A stretch of 64,000 nt of DNA from a virus. The notes beneath the pieces were generated by a model. It saw only the letters and a program-made list of their open reading frames with translations, was not told where the DNA came from and did not search any database. The stretch's first letter is position 1. Each line of letters opens with the position of its first letter. The DNA lies in the IMG/VR virus record IMGVR_UViG_3300044993_000765, positions 11,954 through 75,953 of that record; one strand, written 5' to 3'. Position numbers and translations under genes: made by a program. Positions 28,627 through 39,321 of the stretch are shown here, in pieces.

Positions 28627-29577
28627 TCAATTGAACCGAACGTAGGCGACGCCCAGATGTTCGGGGAACAGCGGTTTATGGCCGAAGATCGACAGCCCGC
28701 GGAAGTACGAGCCGAAGAAGTGCTCGGACTTGATGACATCCGCGTCCTGCAACTGCTGCACGTAGCCCGTGGCCATGCGCTGGCCGAAGATCACGAAGCT
28801 GCACTGTGCGTTGGCAGTCTGATCCAGCACGGTCGGCACGAAGTTGCTGCCCATGAGCTGGAAGCCGGCCGGCGCGAGCGCGCCCATCGTGTTCCCGCGC
28901 GGGTCCACAATGAAGCTGCGCGGCAGACCGGTGATATACGCACTGGCCAGCGGCGATGTGAACAACGCGGTCTGCGCTGCGTCAGGCAGGATCATGAACA
29001 TCTGCCCGGCCTCGAAGGCATTGGCTTCGCCCATGACGGTTCGACAACGGGCCATGAACTCCAGCAGGTTGGCGCCCGTAATCTGCAGCGGGGCGCCTAC
29101 CCGACCCAGGTTGATGTTGCGGCTGATCGAGCCGGCGTTGCTGCCTTTGTTGTACGGCGCTGCATGACGGATCATCTTCGCCAGCACCGATTTTTCCTGC
29201 GCGTAACCGACGGTACGGCCGCCGCTGTCCTCCAGAGACTTGATGAGTCGATCCACATTGCGGATCTGCTTCATGTCCACGCGATCGAGCTTGTAGTTCC
29301 AGTAGAAGCCTTCGTCCACGGTGAGCGTGGTGCTTTCGACTTCCGGGGTGTTGGTCAGAAGCCTGGCATTTTTCTGGTAACGGTGGACGGTCGCGACCGG
29401 TTCACGCTGGAAGGTGATGCTGTCGCCGAACTGTTCGAGTTGTCCGGTGTAGCTGGTGGTGGTGATGTCTTTCAGGATCGTGGCCGCGTAGGACCGGATC
29501 AGAAAGCGGTTGTAGAACTGCGGTTGGATCAGGCTGCCCGAGTATTGCGGGTAGCCGGAGGCGGCGGGAATCGCCAT
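28627..29577 (-). CDS. Major capsid protein
   Basis: 316 aa after the scaffold; YTGQLEQFGDSITF and FFGSYFRGLSIFGHK patterns of P22-coat-like capsids. Confidence 0.75.
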   Translation of the reverse strand: MAIPAASGYPQYSGSLIQPQFYNRFLIRSYAATILKDITTTSYTGQLEQFGDSITFQREPVATVHRYQKNARLLTNTPEVESTTLTVDEGFYWNYKLDRVDMKQIRNVDRLIKSLEDSGGRTVGYAQEKSVLAKMIRHAAPYNKGSNAGSISRNINLGRVGAPLQITGANLLEFMARCRTVMGEANAFEAGQMFMILPDAAQTALFTSPLASAYITGLPRSFIVDPRGNTMGALAPAGFQLMGSNFVPTVLDQTANAQCSFVIFGQRMATGYVQQLQDADVIKSEHFFGSYFRGLSIFGHKPLFPEHLGVAYVRFN

Positions 29578-29658
29578 CGGAAGCGCTCCTCAGAAAATGG
29601 GGGGAAGCGCCCGGCCCGCCGCAGAGGGTCGGCGATCAGCAATGCATCGGTGATCGAC

Positions 29659-30726
29659 TCATGGATCGACGCGACCGCTCTGCTGTGCGGCGGTAAAGGC
29701 GCGCTCGAATGCCTGCAGTTCGGCGAAGGTTTTTTCGCCGCGCTGCCATTTCTTCACCATCGCGTCCAGATCGCCGGCCCGGAACCGTTGCCCCACAGCG
29801 GGGACGCCGGTCGCCTGTACGCGCGCAGGCACGGCCAATGCGTCGAACGGGTCGGGGCGAGGCCCCGGAGCCGTCGCGCCGACCTGTCGGTACGCCTTGA
29901 CGATGTTGACGATGGTGTCGATGTCGCCGGCCGCATCGGCTTCGATGAGGCTGGCGTTGTAGCTCTTGCCGGCGGTGTATGGGTTGCGCTGCTGCACGAA
30001 GTCGGCCCATTCGGGTTCGTCGAACACCGTGCGGTCCTCGCCCAGCCGTTCGACCAGTCGGCTGCGAAACGTGTCGCGTGTCCGAGTCGCGTCGCGGGCT
30101 TCGATCGAGCCGATGCGCGCATCGGTTTGTTGCTGCAGCGTCGCGACCTGTTGGCGGAGGTCGCGGATCAGGCGCGCACCGGTTTCGCCGTACTCGAACG
30201 CGAGATCATCGTCGATGTCTGTCGCCGGTGAGTCGCTCAAGGCGGTATTTGCCGGCTCAGAAGGCGTGGACGTTGCGCGCGCGCTGCGCAGCGTCTCCAG
30301 TTCGCTTGTCAGCGTCTCCACTTGCGCCTGCAGTTGCCGTAGGATGCCGGCGTCTTGTGAGGCGGTGCGCGCTTCGAGTTCGCGGATGCGGGCCTGGAGC
30401 CGCGGGACTTCCGCGTCGTACTTCCCTTTCAGGACGCGGTAGCGCGTCTCGAAGCCACCATCGGTCGGCGCGGATGACCGCGGCATTGGTTCGGCATCGT
30501 CGATGCGCCAAGCATCCAGATCGACGTAACCCTCACTGCCACCATCGGCTGCGGTCGACGCGCTGCCCGGATTCGGTGTCGCAGCGGGAGCTGCGGTCGA
30601 TCCGGGCGTCAGCGGTGTCGGTGTCGCGGAAGTCGATGCAGGTGTTGACGCGGCCGAGGATTCGCCGGTGTCTGCGGCGACCCGGGCTTGCAGGGCTTCG
30701 AGGGTGAAGACATGGGGTGTGGTCAT
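29659..30726 (-). CDS. Putative capsid scaffolding protein
   Basis: RYRVLKGKYDAEVPRL coiled coil, low-complexity linkers, position before the capsid gene. Confidence 0.65.
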   Translation of the reverse strand: MTTPHVFTLEALQARVAADTGESSAASTPASTSATPTPLTPGSTAAPAATPNPGSASTAADGGSEGYVDLDAWRIDDAEPMPRSSAPTDGGFETRYRVLKGKYDAEVPRLQARIRELEARTASQDAGILRQLQAQVETLTSELETLRSARATSTPSEPANTALSDSPATDIDDDLAFEYGETGARLIRDLRQQVATLQQQTDARIGSIEARDATRTRDTFRSRLVERLGEDRTVFDEPEWADFVQQRNPYTAGKSYNASLIEADAAGDIDTIVNIVKAYRQVGATAPGPRPDPFDALAVPARVQATGVPAVGQRFRAGDLDAMVKKWQRGEKTFAELQAFERAFTAAQQSGRVDP

Positions 30727-30945
30727 GGTTGGGCTCTTTGGGAGTCCACGCGCGCACCGCCACGCGCGACGCCAGTCCAGCCCGCGCATGACGACGCGGA
30801 TTCGGGTGTTGGCGCCGCGCATTGCGGCAGACGCATGGGTGTTCCAGAATTCCGCCGCACGTCAGTGGCGGGGCGGGCGGGGCCGATTGAGCTGAACGCA
30901 GGCTCGGCGTTGGCCTTGCACGGGTGACACGGGAGAACGGAAGGC

Positions 30946-31224
30946 TTACACCTGCGGCAGGCTCGCGGCAGTGGCGCGGTCTTCGATGCGCATCGGCGCA
31001 ATGGGCACAGTCGCCAGTACCAGCAGGGCGCGCAACTGACGCGCCGCGCCCTGGCGGCGCAGAAGCATGTCGGCGTCTTCCTCGCCAACGACGGCGTCTG
31101 CTGCGGCTCGGTCTGCATCGCGCAGAGCAGAGACGAAGGCGAGATACAGGTTGGGATGCGTGGTCGCCATCCGGCCGAAGACGGCGGACAGGGCGTCGAT
31201 CTGCGTTCGCGCGAATCCGATCAC
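30946..31224 (-). CDS. Small phage protein
   Basis: GTGA coupling; LLRRQGAARQLRALL motif. Confidence 0.55.
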   Translation of the reverse strand: MIGFARTQIDALSAVFGRMATTHPNLYLAFVSALRDADRAAADAVVGEEDADMLLRRQGAARQLRALLVLATVPIAPMRIEDRATAASLPQV

Positions 31225-31613
31225 AACGATGCCCTCCCCGCTGGCGCATCGGTCACGACGACGGTCGGCATCTGCGGGCCGAGCGCGATCCCGGTCGCGA
31301 CCAAGCGATAGCGGCCGGGCACGTCGATCACGGTGAGCGTATGCGTCGGCGTCAACAACCAACCGATGCCTTGCTGCATGGCCATGGCGTAGCGTTTCGC
31401 TTCCGCATGACCATGCACCATTTCAATGCGGATGGCGCCAACGCTGAGATCGAACGCGCGCACGATCGCACGGCCGCTGACTACCTCGAATTCGGGCGAC
31501 TCCACGGACTCGCTGGAAGGCGAAAGATAGACGGCCGGGTCGCGGGCCGGCATCGCGCCACAGGACCCCGGCCGGCCGCACACGGGCGCGGGAGGATCGA
31601 AGATCGAAGCCAT
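31221..31613 (-). CDS. Phage hypothetical protein
   Basis: TGATG coupling; beta-rich. Confidence 0.55.
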   Translation of the reverse strand: MASIFDPPAPVCGRPGSCGAMPARDPAVYLSPSSESVESPEFEVVSGRAIVRAFDLSVGAIRIEMVHGHAEAKRYAMAMQQGIGWLLTPTHTLTVIDVPGRYRLVATGIALGPQMPTVVVTDAPAGRASL

Positions 31614-32908
31614 CAGACGCACTCCGTATTGACACCCAACTGGACCACGCCAACCTGGGCAGGGCCGAACATCAGTTGCTGATCGCTGGCGCGACGGAAA
31701 TTGAGCCGGGTCATCACGAACCGACCGCCCGACACACCACCGGCGAGGGTGTAGACATACGTGAAGGTGCGCGCGACGCCAAGATTGAGCCAAACACCGA
31801 TGCCGCCGATGTCGCCCTCGTCCGAGGCGTTGCGGACCTCGATCTCGTAGTCGGCCGGATTGAAAGTGCCCTGTACCCAGCCACCGGGATAGATCTCGTC
31901 GATACCGCAGCTACTCGACTGGACGACGGCGCCGCTGGGCAGGAATTGCAATGTGTAGGAGGTACTGGCGCCGGACCCGCCCTGTGTGACGCAGCACAGG
32001 TCGCCGAGCGCACTCAAGCCCGCGCCGAAGATCGGTTCGCCATCGTTATCGCGCACGGCGATCGACGATGGCGCAGGCACGGCCGTGACGCGCGCATCCG
32101 GAAAGGCGGTCAACGTGAGCGTGCGATCCGGCCCGATCAGGGTATCCTGGACAGTGACAACGCACACCGGACCGCCGAAGGCGCCTACCGGAATCGTCAG
32201 GATCGGCGCAGGATACTGGTGCTGGCCCTGCTCGTCTCCGGAGAATGCAAGGGAGACGGTCAGCGGGCTGTCGTCGACAACGCGGTTGAGCACGATGTCC
32301 CAACACGCGGCCTGACCCTCGATGATCGTCGCCGCAGGCGGCGTCATGCTGACGATGCTGTAGCCGGCGCCTCCCTCCCCATCGTTGTCGAGCACGATGA
32401 TCGTGTCGAAGTGATTGCCCGGCGGTGTCCAGCCAGTCAGTCGTGGGCCGAACACAGGCTGCAGGATCAACTGCCGGTTCGGTTCGTCGATCGCGTCGTC
32501 CAAGGTCTCGACACATATGGTCGCGAAATTTGTTCCGATAGCGAAAGTCGCCGTCGGCGCAGGATAGCCGTGGATGCCCTGTTCATCGCCGCCCAAGCTG
32601 AAAGCGACCGAGAGCGGTGCATCCTCAACCGGGGCATCAAGCACCACCACCCAACATGCATCCTGCCCTTCGAGGATGTTCGCCAGCACCGGGGTCATGG
32701 TCAGGGTGTGGACCGAGCCGGTTGGCGGCGGAGTATCGCAGCAGGTATTGGCAATGGATAGCGTGCCGTCGCCGTTGTCGATGATTTCGATGCCTTCGCC
32801 TGCGCGAACGCGCTGCAGCAACGCCAGTACCGACGACGGCAACGTATCGTCTGCTGCGAACGGGAGGTGCTGGCCCGCCTCGTATTTGATCGGATTGCGG
32901 TCTGGCAT
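31613..32908 (-). CDS. Virion fibre/adhesin-like protein with two Calx-beta/Ig-like repeats
   Basis: Repeated unit IxEGQxACW...YPAP...CV.T..D...DND. Confidence 0.65.
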   Translation of the reverse strand: MPDRNPIKYEAGQHLPFAADDTLPSSVLALLQRVRAGEGIEIIDNGDGTLSIANTCCDTPPPTGSVHTLTMTPVLANILEGQDACWVVVLDAPVEDAPLSVAFSLGGDEQGIHGYPAPTATFAIGTNFATICVETLDDAIDEPNRQLILQPVFGPRLTGWTPPGNHFDTIIVLDNDGEGGAGYSIVSMTPPAATIIEGQAACWDIVLNRVVDDSPLTVSLAFSGDEQGQHQYPAPILTIPVGAFGGPVCVVTVQDTLIGPDRTLTLTAFPDARVTAVPAPSSIAVRDNDGEPIFGAGLSALGDLCCVTQGGSGASTSYTLQFLPSGAVVQSSSCGIDEIYPGGWVQGTFNPADYEIEVRNASDEGDIGGIGVWLNLGVARTFTYVYTLAGGVSGGRFVMTRLNFRRASDQQLMFGPAQVGVVQLGVNTECV

Positions 32909-32914
32909 GGGGCC

Positions 32915-33106
32915 TCAGAGTTGCCCTTCACTCGGGCAGCAGATGTTGATGATGGTGATCCCGCCATCGGCATCGGCAGTGATCGCGATGCCGTGCCCGG
33001 CGCGCAATCGCTGCGCGAGCGCAAGCGTGGCCGCGGGCACGGTGTCTTCGGGAGCGAACGGCGCATGTCGCGCCTCGTCGTACTTGATCGGGAGTTGATC
33101 GGCCAT
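32915..33106 (-). CDS. 63-aa stand-alone paralog of the N-terminus of 31613..32908
   Basis: PIKY...H.PFA..DT.P...LAL.QR.RAG.GI...DG...I.N.CC shared; GAGGAG SD. Confidence 0.7.
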   Translation of the reverse strand: MADQLPIKYDEARHAPFAPEDTVPAATLALAQRLRAGHGIAITADADGGITIINICCPSEGQL

Positions 33107-33116
33107 GTCCGTCTCC

Positions 33117-33773
33117 TCATGTCTCGACGTTGTTCTGCGATCCGGGCTCGCAGCGCCCGTAGTGCGGCACGCGGAATCCGCCGATGTCCAGGAAGCCGAC
33201 CGGCATACCGAGCAGCGCAGCACGGCCGCCATACAGCGTGGTCGGCAATTCCGCTGCCTCGCTCATCGGCGGCGGAAACACGCAGGGCTCGAACTGCAGC
33301 GCCTCCTCGATGGCCTCCCCCATCTCGGCGCAGGTCGGAATGGTGTTGCCCGGCTCATGCGGCGAACCGGCACAAGTCTGGAACAGGGCTGCAATCTTTT
33401 CGGGATCGCCACGCACCGGATCGTTGAGTAGTCCTGTGCCCTCGATGAGTTCGTGATCGGTATAAACGCCCGGGCCGGTCTCGGTGACGAGTGTCGTGCC
33501 ATCGCTCATCACCAGTTGTATGCGGTGATCCTGCAGGACATTGATCTGTCGGACCTCGATGACTACCGGGAATTCGGGAAACTCTGGCAATGCGTCGATG
33601 GCCGCCTGCAGATCCACACAGGTCGCGATCGCGGTACCGGCACGCAGATCGCGACCCGCGCAATCGGTTCCGATAATCGTGCCGGTCATCCGCCCGTTGA
33701 CGATCTCGGCGTTGACTAACGTGATGTTCCGGACGGTCTGACCGTCGATATTGGTTTCGTCGCAACAGCCCAT
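33117..33773 (-). CDS. Phage structural/hypothetical protein
   Basis: AAGGAGG SD, TAATG coupling; LPTTLYGGRAALLG.P motif. Confidence 0.6.
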   Translation of the reverse strand: MGCCDETNIDGQTVRNITLVNAEIVNGRMTGTIIGTDCAGRDLRAGTAIATCVDLQAAIDALPEFPEFPVVIEVRQINVLQDHRIQLVMSDGTTLVTETGPGVYTDHELIEGTGLLNDPVRGDPEKIAALFQTCAGSPHEPGNTIPTCAEMGEAIEEALQFEPCVFPPPMSEAAELPTTLYGGRAALLGMPVGFLDIGGFRVPHYGRCEPGSQNNVET

Positions 33774-34159
33774 TACGGGCCTCCTTGTGCGAGATGGGGA
33801 GAAGGCGCCGTCGCGATGGGGATATCGGTTTCCGTCCAGTAGACGACGGTATCGAGATCGCCGCGGCAGACCTGGACGCGATACGTACCGGGTTCGGCCA
33901 ACACGATCTGGTTGTGGCGGCCGCACAGAACCGACTTGCAGCCGTTGCGCCGCCACGTCGCCCACAACTCCGGCGCGCTCGGCGGCGCACAGCAGGCCTG
34001 CGCTGCGTCCTTGATGCGCGGATGGATCAGGAATTGCAGTTCCGCGCAGCCGCTCCCGGCGAAACGCAGCAGGACCCAACGGTTCGTGACCTCGACATTC
34101 GGCACCTCGTCAGCCACCGATGGCCATGCGCCGTAATAGAGAAATCCATTACGAGCCAT
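33773..34159 (-). CDS. Phage hypothetical protein
   Basis: GGAG SD; overlaps both neighbours. Confidence 0.55.
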   Translation of the reverse strand: MARNGFLYYGAWPSVADEVPNVEVTNRWVLLRFAGSGCAELQFLIHPRIKDAAQACCAPPSAPELWATWRRNGCKSVLCGRHNQIVLAEPGTYRVQVCRGDLDTVVYWTETDIPIATAPSPHLAQGGP

Positions 34160-34514
34160 GACCGGTCTCCGTCGATCCTGACGCCGCGCCTTCTGAACCG
34201 CCCGACGGCGGCTGCGCAAGCGTTTCCAGCAAGGGAGAACGCACCAGCACCGCCCACAACGCACGGAAGCTGCGCAACATCAGGGACCACACGCGAACAT
34301 CCTTCGCCGGCAGAAACACCACCGGGTCATGCCAGTACAGCGTCCGGCGGCGCGAGCGATCGTTGACGCCGCTCGGCAAATACCCGGCCGCGTACTGGCC
34401 GTAGCGGACGTAGAACACGCCCTGCACGGGGTCGATGCGATGCACGATCCCGGGCCCATACACGATGTCGAACACGGCGTCGCCCGGCACGATGTCGTCG
34501 CCGTCCATCTTCAT
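34149..34514 (-). CDS. Phage hypothetical protein
   Basis: AGGA SD; directly downstream of the portal. Confidence 0.6.
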   Translation of the reverse strand: MKMDGDDIVPGDAVFDIVYGPGIVHRIDPVQGVFYVRYGQYAAGYLPSGVNDRSRRRTLYWHDPVVFLPAKDVRVWSLMLRSFRALWAVLVRSPLLETLAQPPSGGSEGAASGSTETGHGS

Positions 34515-34530
34515 GTGTCGGTTCCTAGGG

Positions 34531-36648
34531 TCAGAGTCGGTCGTTGCGCAGCGCGTTCACGACGGGAGCTTGGCGGCCGTCGAGTCCTGGCATCGTGGTT
34601 CCGGGCTGGGTCGACACCGGAGCGGCAACCGCTCCGCCCATCGACGCCATCGGGTCGACCCCAAGCGGCATCCCCGCGGGTCCAGTCACGCCCTGCGCAG
34701 CCAGTTGTTGCAACAGGTCTTCTGGCAACTGCTTGCCGAAGATCAGATCGGGCTCGAAGCCCTGTAATTTCAGCCACTCGCGCAGCAGGTTCACGACGCC
34801 GATACGGGGAATGATCGGCATTGGTCCGGTCGCGAAGGGTTGCAGGGCCTGCAACGTCTCCACGGTGCGCGCCTGGCGCATCTCGCGGGCCATGATGCCC
34901 TTCGCGCCGCGGGCGGCCGCGGTGGCGTCGGCCTTCACGTTCTGGTCGGGGTAGAGCAGCATGTTGAGCAGGTACAGCCCTTCGATCACCGGCTCGACGA
35001 GGTACTTGTCGAGGTTGCCGATGGCCTGCTTGATGCCCTTGAGCGCGCTGTTGTAGAGCAGCGACAACCCCCCCATGGTCGAAGCCGCGCCCTGCGAAGG
35101 CGTCGCCCCGCCATAGCTGTAGGCCGGAATGCCGCAGACCTCGTCGGCGAGCCGCCAGTAAGCATTGAACACCGCCAGCAGCTCGGCTGCGACGCTCGGA
35201 ACCTTGTCGAAGTTGATCGCCTTGCCCTTGTTACTGCCGCGGGTATAGAACACACGGTAGGGCCGGATCACGTTCGGCGTGTCCTCGCTCTCGTCGAGCG
35301 CGTCCAGGTTGATCTCGCCGATGGGTCCGGAGGCATAAGCCATGTTCTGCACCAGCCGCCGCGCCGCGCTGTTGGCCTGCCGCTGCAGGTCGCGCAGCAG
35401 CATGACCACCGACTCGCCCCAGAACGATCCGGGCAGACGGTTGAAGCTGGTGACGGCATAGGGTCGTCGGCCGGTCGGCATCGGGTTGAACAGGCAGCGC
35501 AACACCAGCCCGGCGCAGTGCCAGACGTTGACCTCGTAGAACTGATCCGGGTCGACGCGCTCGGGAAACGCCTCATCGGGGTCGCGACCTTCGTAGGCGA
35601 CCCACTCCAACAGCAGTGCCCCGGGCACCCGACCCCAGAAGTCGATCATGTCGAACAGGCCATCGTCACCACCCCAGGCAGCTCCGCCCTGCGCTTCCAG
35701 TTGTCGCCGCTCGGTCTCGTTCGAGGTCTGAGCGCGGTAGCCTGTCGGATACAGGGTCAGAAGTGCGGAGATAGCCTCGGAACTGAAGTGCGGCAGCGCC
35801 TTGCAGTCGGTGATCGCCTTACCGGTCATCGGCATACGCTCGCTGACACTGCCGCCATTCTGCGGATCGGTCGAGTCGCGGGACGGGTACAGGTCGAAGG
35901 GCGAGACGCGCTCCACTCGGATCTGCGAGACCTCGCGCATCACGATCCGCTCGCCGGTCCACTTCGGATTCGAGACCCGGCGGACGATGGGCGATTTCAC
36001 GATGGCGGCGGGGAACACGGTCAGGTCGTCGATGGTGGCGTCGAACGCTTCGCGCCAACCGCCCTCCTCCAACTGGTCGTGGATCAGCTTCTCCATCCGC
36101 GTGCAGGCTTCGCGCGCGGTGTCGCTCTCCATTTCGGCGGCGACATCTTCCAACTGCTTGATCCGCTCGGCCGCGATGCCGGGCGGCAGCATCGACAGCA
36201 TCACACCCTGGCGCTGCAGATCGAGCCAGAACGCCTGTCGGGCCGCCAGCTTGCCGCTCGCAGACAATTCCGGCAGCGGTGTCGGCTCGACCGTCCACGG
36301 CTTGTCCTCGGCGTTGGCCAGCGTGTCGCGAATCCACGCGCCCGCCGCCCGCGCCTTCATGCTCGCCAGCGGCATATAGACGTCCACTCCGTCCAGCGCC
36401 CGCGCCAGCTCAGGGTCGTACTCGCCGTTGCGCATCCGCAGGCAGCGCATCAGGGTCTCATGGACGCTGACCCCACCCCGCCAGACCGCGTTCTCCTTGT
36501 GCCGCTTCGCGTCGAGGTATTGGTCTTCGACGTACTGGCCGAGGCGGGTGCGGAGGCGCTGTTCCTGAGATAACTTGTACTCATCGGCTGCACGTTCCCG
36601 CCCGAGCAGTGCATGCTGGGCTTGAGAAAAGGAATATGCCGGGAACAT
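34531..36648 (-). CDS. Portal protein
   Basis: 705 aa downstream of terL; ERVSPFDLYP, PGSFWGES, TMGGLSLL patterns. Confidence 0.8.
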   Translation of the reverse strand: MFPAYSFSQAQHALLGRERAADEYKLSQEQRLRTRLGQYVEDQYLDAKRHKENAVWRGGVSVHETLMRCLRMRNGEYDPELARALDGVDVYMPLASMKARAAGAWIRDTLANAEDKPWTVEPTPLPELSASGKLAARQAFWLDLQRQGVMLSMLPPGIAAERIKQLEDVAAEMESDTAREACTRMEKLIHDQLEEGGWREAFDATIDDLTVFPAAIVKSPIVRRVSNPKWTGERIVMREVSQIRVERVSPFDLYPSRDSTDPQNGGSVSERMPMTGKAITDCKALPHFSSEAISALLTLYPTGYRAQTSNETERRQLEAQGGAAWGGDDGLFDMIDFWGRVPGALLLEWVAYEGRDPDEAFPERVDPDQFYEVNVWHCAGLVLRCLFNPMPTGRRPYAVTSFNRLPGSFWGESVVMLLRDLQRQANSAARRLVQNMAYASGPIGEINLDALDESEDTPNVIRPYRVFYTRGSNKGKAINFDKVPSVAAELLAVFNAYWRLADEVCGIPAYSYGGATPSQGAASTMGGLSLLYNSALKGIKQAIGNLDKYLVEPVIEGLYLLNMLLYPDQNVKADATAAARGAKGIMAREMRQARTVETLQALQPFATGPMPIIPRIGVVNLLREWLKLQGFEPDLIFGKQLPEDLLQQLAAQGVTGPAGMPLGVDPMASMGGAVAAPVSTQPGTTMPGLDGRQAPVVNALRNDRL

Positions 36649-36776
36649 GCAATCGTGGAGGGCGGCTCAGGCAGAGGGCCTGGAAAATCGTCTTTTTGAC
36701 AGATCAAAGGGCGCTGGGGAATACTCAGGCATCCGGGAACTCCGGGCATCAGGAAACGAACCGACCAGGGGACGGC

Positions 36777-37337
36777 ATGCGAGACGACATCAGCGATAAA
36801 CTGGTGCACCTGACCAAGGGAATCGGGGTCGATCCACTGATGCACCGCGAGGAAGCGGCGCGAACGCTTGACAAGATTCTCAAAGACCAGGCTTTGCTAG
36901 GCGGCACGGGCTTCATCAAGGGAAAGCATCAGTGCGTCTGCTTCTCTGAAGCTCCCATCAGCAAGCTGTCGCAAATCTTGGCCGTGCGCGACAGCAACGC
37001 ATTCAAGTACCAGCCCTACGGACTCATCGTCAGCAAGAAGTGGTTGTTTGCCAGGGGCGGCCGTCCCGTCATTTACGGTCCTGCGAACGAGTACAACATG
37101 CTCCCCAATGCGATGAAGTACCGGCATGTCCGGTTTTATCTCTCAAAAAAGTATGATGTCGATCACTCTTGGGAGCGGGAGTGGAGAATCAAGACCGACA
37201 CCCTGAAGTTCACGGCCGAGGATGTCACGGTAGTGGTCCCCGACCGCGTCGCCAAGGAAGCCTTCCAAGTATCCGGACATGATGCGTGGCATTACATCGC
37301 CTTGAGTGATCTGGGCGTCAAGATTGATCGGCTCTGA
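36777..37337 (+). CDS. AbiGi/ADP-ribosyltransferase-fold-like protein (moron)
   Basis: LVHLT...VCFSEAP...YGL...GGRPVIY...WEREWR. Confidence 0.6.
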   Translation: MRDDISDKLVHLTKGIGVDPLMHREEAARTLDKILKDQALLGGTGFIKGKHQCVCFSEAPISKLSQILAVRDSNAFKYQPYGLIVSKKWLFARGGRPVIYGPANEYNMLPNAMKYRHVRFYLSKKYDVDHSWEREWRIKTDTLKFTAEDVTVVVPDRVAKEAFQVSGHDAWHYIALSDLGVKIDRL

Positions 37338-37371
37338 CACCCGCCAAAAACCAAAGACCGCAGGATCCGCC

Positions 37372-37929
37372 ATGTCCACACTCCTTCAGAAGTCATTGGA
37401 AGTGCTTAATGGGTCGTTTGACTACACACAGAACGGAATGACACAGTTTCAACTATCCGTAACAAACGAGGTCCTGCTGGCTGTCGCTGACGAAGAAATG
37501 GGCATCGACGTAAAGCAAATACCGTCTATGACTCGCGATCTGGGCTGGTCGCGTCATTGCACCAGGATGCTGATGGATCATGCTGAACTCGTGAATTCCA
37601 GCCGACATAATCCCCCGGCCCTTGGCGCTGGGACCGGATTCGCGATCGTTAGATTGAATCAGATAGATCTCATCCTGAAAGCCATGAAGGATCAGGACGA
37701 AAGCGTACTTTCATCGATCGAAAGCCTGCGGCAAGAGCTAGACGAGAAACTGAAATTGACATCCGAACAGACGATACAGCTTGAAAAATCCACGCATGAC
37801 GATGATAAAGGATTGTTGACAGCATTCATCATATTTGCACTTGCAATTCTGCTGATCTCAACATTTTTCCAAGTCTTTTCCCACGACGATCCCCCCAGCT
37901 TGACACTGCCAAGCATCGGACACGGATAG
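37372..37929 (+). CDS. Hypothetical protein with coiled coil and C-terminal TM helix (moron)
   Basis: Low GC; LLTAFIIFALAILLISTFF. Confidence 0.6.
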   Translation: MSTLLQKSLEVLNGSFDYTQNGMTQFQLSVTNEVLLAVADEEMGIDVKQIPSMTRDLGWSRHCTRMLMDHAELVNSSRHNPPALGAGTGFAIVRLNQIDLILKAMKDQDESVLSSIESLRQELDEKLKLTSEQTIQLEKSTHDDDKGLLTAFIIFALAILLISTFFQVFSHDDPPSLTLPSIGHG

Positions 37930-37968
37930 AATATCGAACTCTTTGAAACAGGACACACACAAGCCTAG

Positions 37969-39257
37969 TCACCAGTCAAAACCTCCTGAATTTCCATTTC
38001 TATTTCTGGAAATCAAAGCCTGTGGAGGCTTCGGAAACCTCGCCCCGATATCGTAAATCCGAGCCAGTGCGTCGAGCATGTCGTCGTGCAGCCCGGCCGG
38101 AAAAGTCAGGTATTCGGCATTGACGAACCGTTCCACCACATCGACCGGTGAGCCGTCCGACAACGTGCGCGGCAGCGCCTTCGGCAGCCACCAGCGCCCA
38201 TTCTCGAAATCCGGCTGTAACCGCTCTATCCGGTCCTCTTTCGCCATCTGCCCACCCAACGGCTCCAGGTCGAAGCGGTAGTTTTCCGCCTCCTGCACGC
38301 CATGGATGTGTTCGATGTCGCCGTCCTTGCCATATTTCTCGTATCCAGTCTTCAGCGGCTTCCACTTGCGGTGCAGGTAAATCAGCAGCGCAGCGCGCTC
38401 CTTGAGCGACAATCGATCGCGCACGGCTTCAAGCAGATAGTATCGGCCATCAGTGTTCAAGCCGATGACCACAAACGCGCTGTAGTCGCTGCGCTTGCCC
38501 TTGGAGCCGGCAGGGTCAACCAGCAGGTAGCGGTTCATCGGCCGCGCGATCTGGATCGGCAAGCTGTCGTAGTGGCGCAACCACTCTCGTTTGAAGAATC
38601 CACCCGTGCCAGCGACCGGCCGCTGCTGATACAACGCCTCCCAGTCCCTGCTCCCGCTGACGATTCGCTTTCGCTCCAGAGCTGCCTCGCTGAACCGTTC
38701 GGGACACAGAGCTTTCCCGGGCATACGACCCAACTGGTCGTTCTCCAGTGCCAGAGCCGGCAGCAGAATGACCTCCCAATCCTCCTGCGGGTGTTCGCGT
38801 AGCAACCAGCCGGCCAGGTCGTCCTCATGCCAACGGGTGTGCATGACGATCAGGATCGAGTCCTCCGCTAGTCTCGGATAGACGACGGAGGTGAACCAGG
38901 TCTTGGTCGACTCCCGCACCCGCTCTGACTCGGCTTCCTCGCGCGACTTGAACGGATCGTCGATGATGAAGACCTTGGACGGGAAACCGGTCGCGCCGCC
39001 GCGAATCGTCGTGCCGAGGTACAGACCGCCTTCGGTCGTCTTGAAGTAGGTCTTGGCGGTCGAGCTACCGTCCAGCCGCGACTCCGGAAACACCGCCGCA
39101 TGGACCGGCGACATCAGCGCATCTCGCACTGCTTGCCCGTTTTCCTCGGCGAGGTCGATCCCGTAGCTTGCGGCGATGATCGGCCAGTCCGGATGCTTCC
39201 CAAAAATCCACGGCGGCAACAGCTTCGACACGAGCCGGCTTTTGCCGTGCTGGGGCG
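37969..39257 (-). CDS. terL: Terminase large subunit, 3' part (interrupted gene)
   Basis: PQHGKS Walker A, IIDDP Walker B, MHTRWHEDDL, VDPA...SDYSA, HDDMLDAL. Confidence 0.93.
39251..39257. repeat. Satellite att core (left copy)
   Basis: tggggcg, identical to 55429..55435. Confidence 0.88.
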
Positions 39258-39321
39258 TCAACCACTATCTGCAAAAAAGTGATTGATTTTTTTGGTTTTT
39301 CTTATGAATCAATGGGATGCA

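Noticed and set aside
39255-39261. TTG start giving a stand-alone 430-aa terminase (MTPQHGKS)
   Set aside because: The TTG comes from the satellite end, has no clear SD, and the product would lack the first 60 residues; better explained as an interrupted gene.
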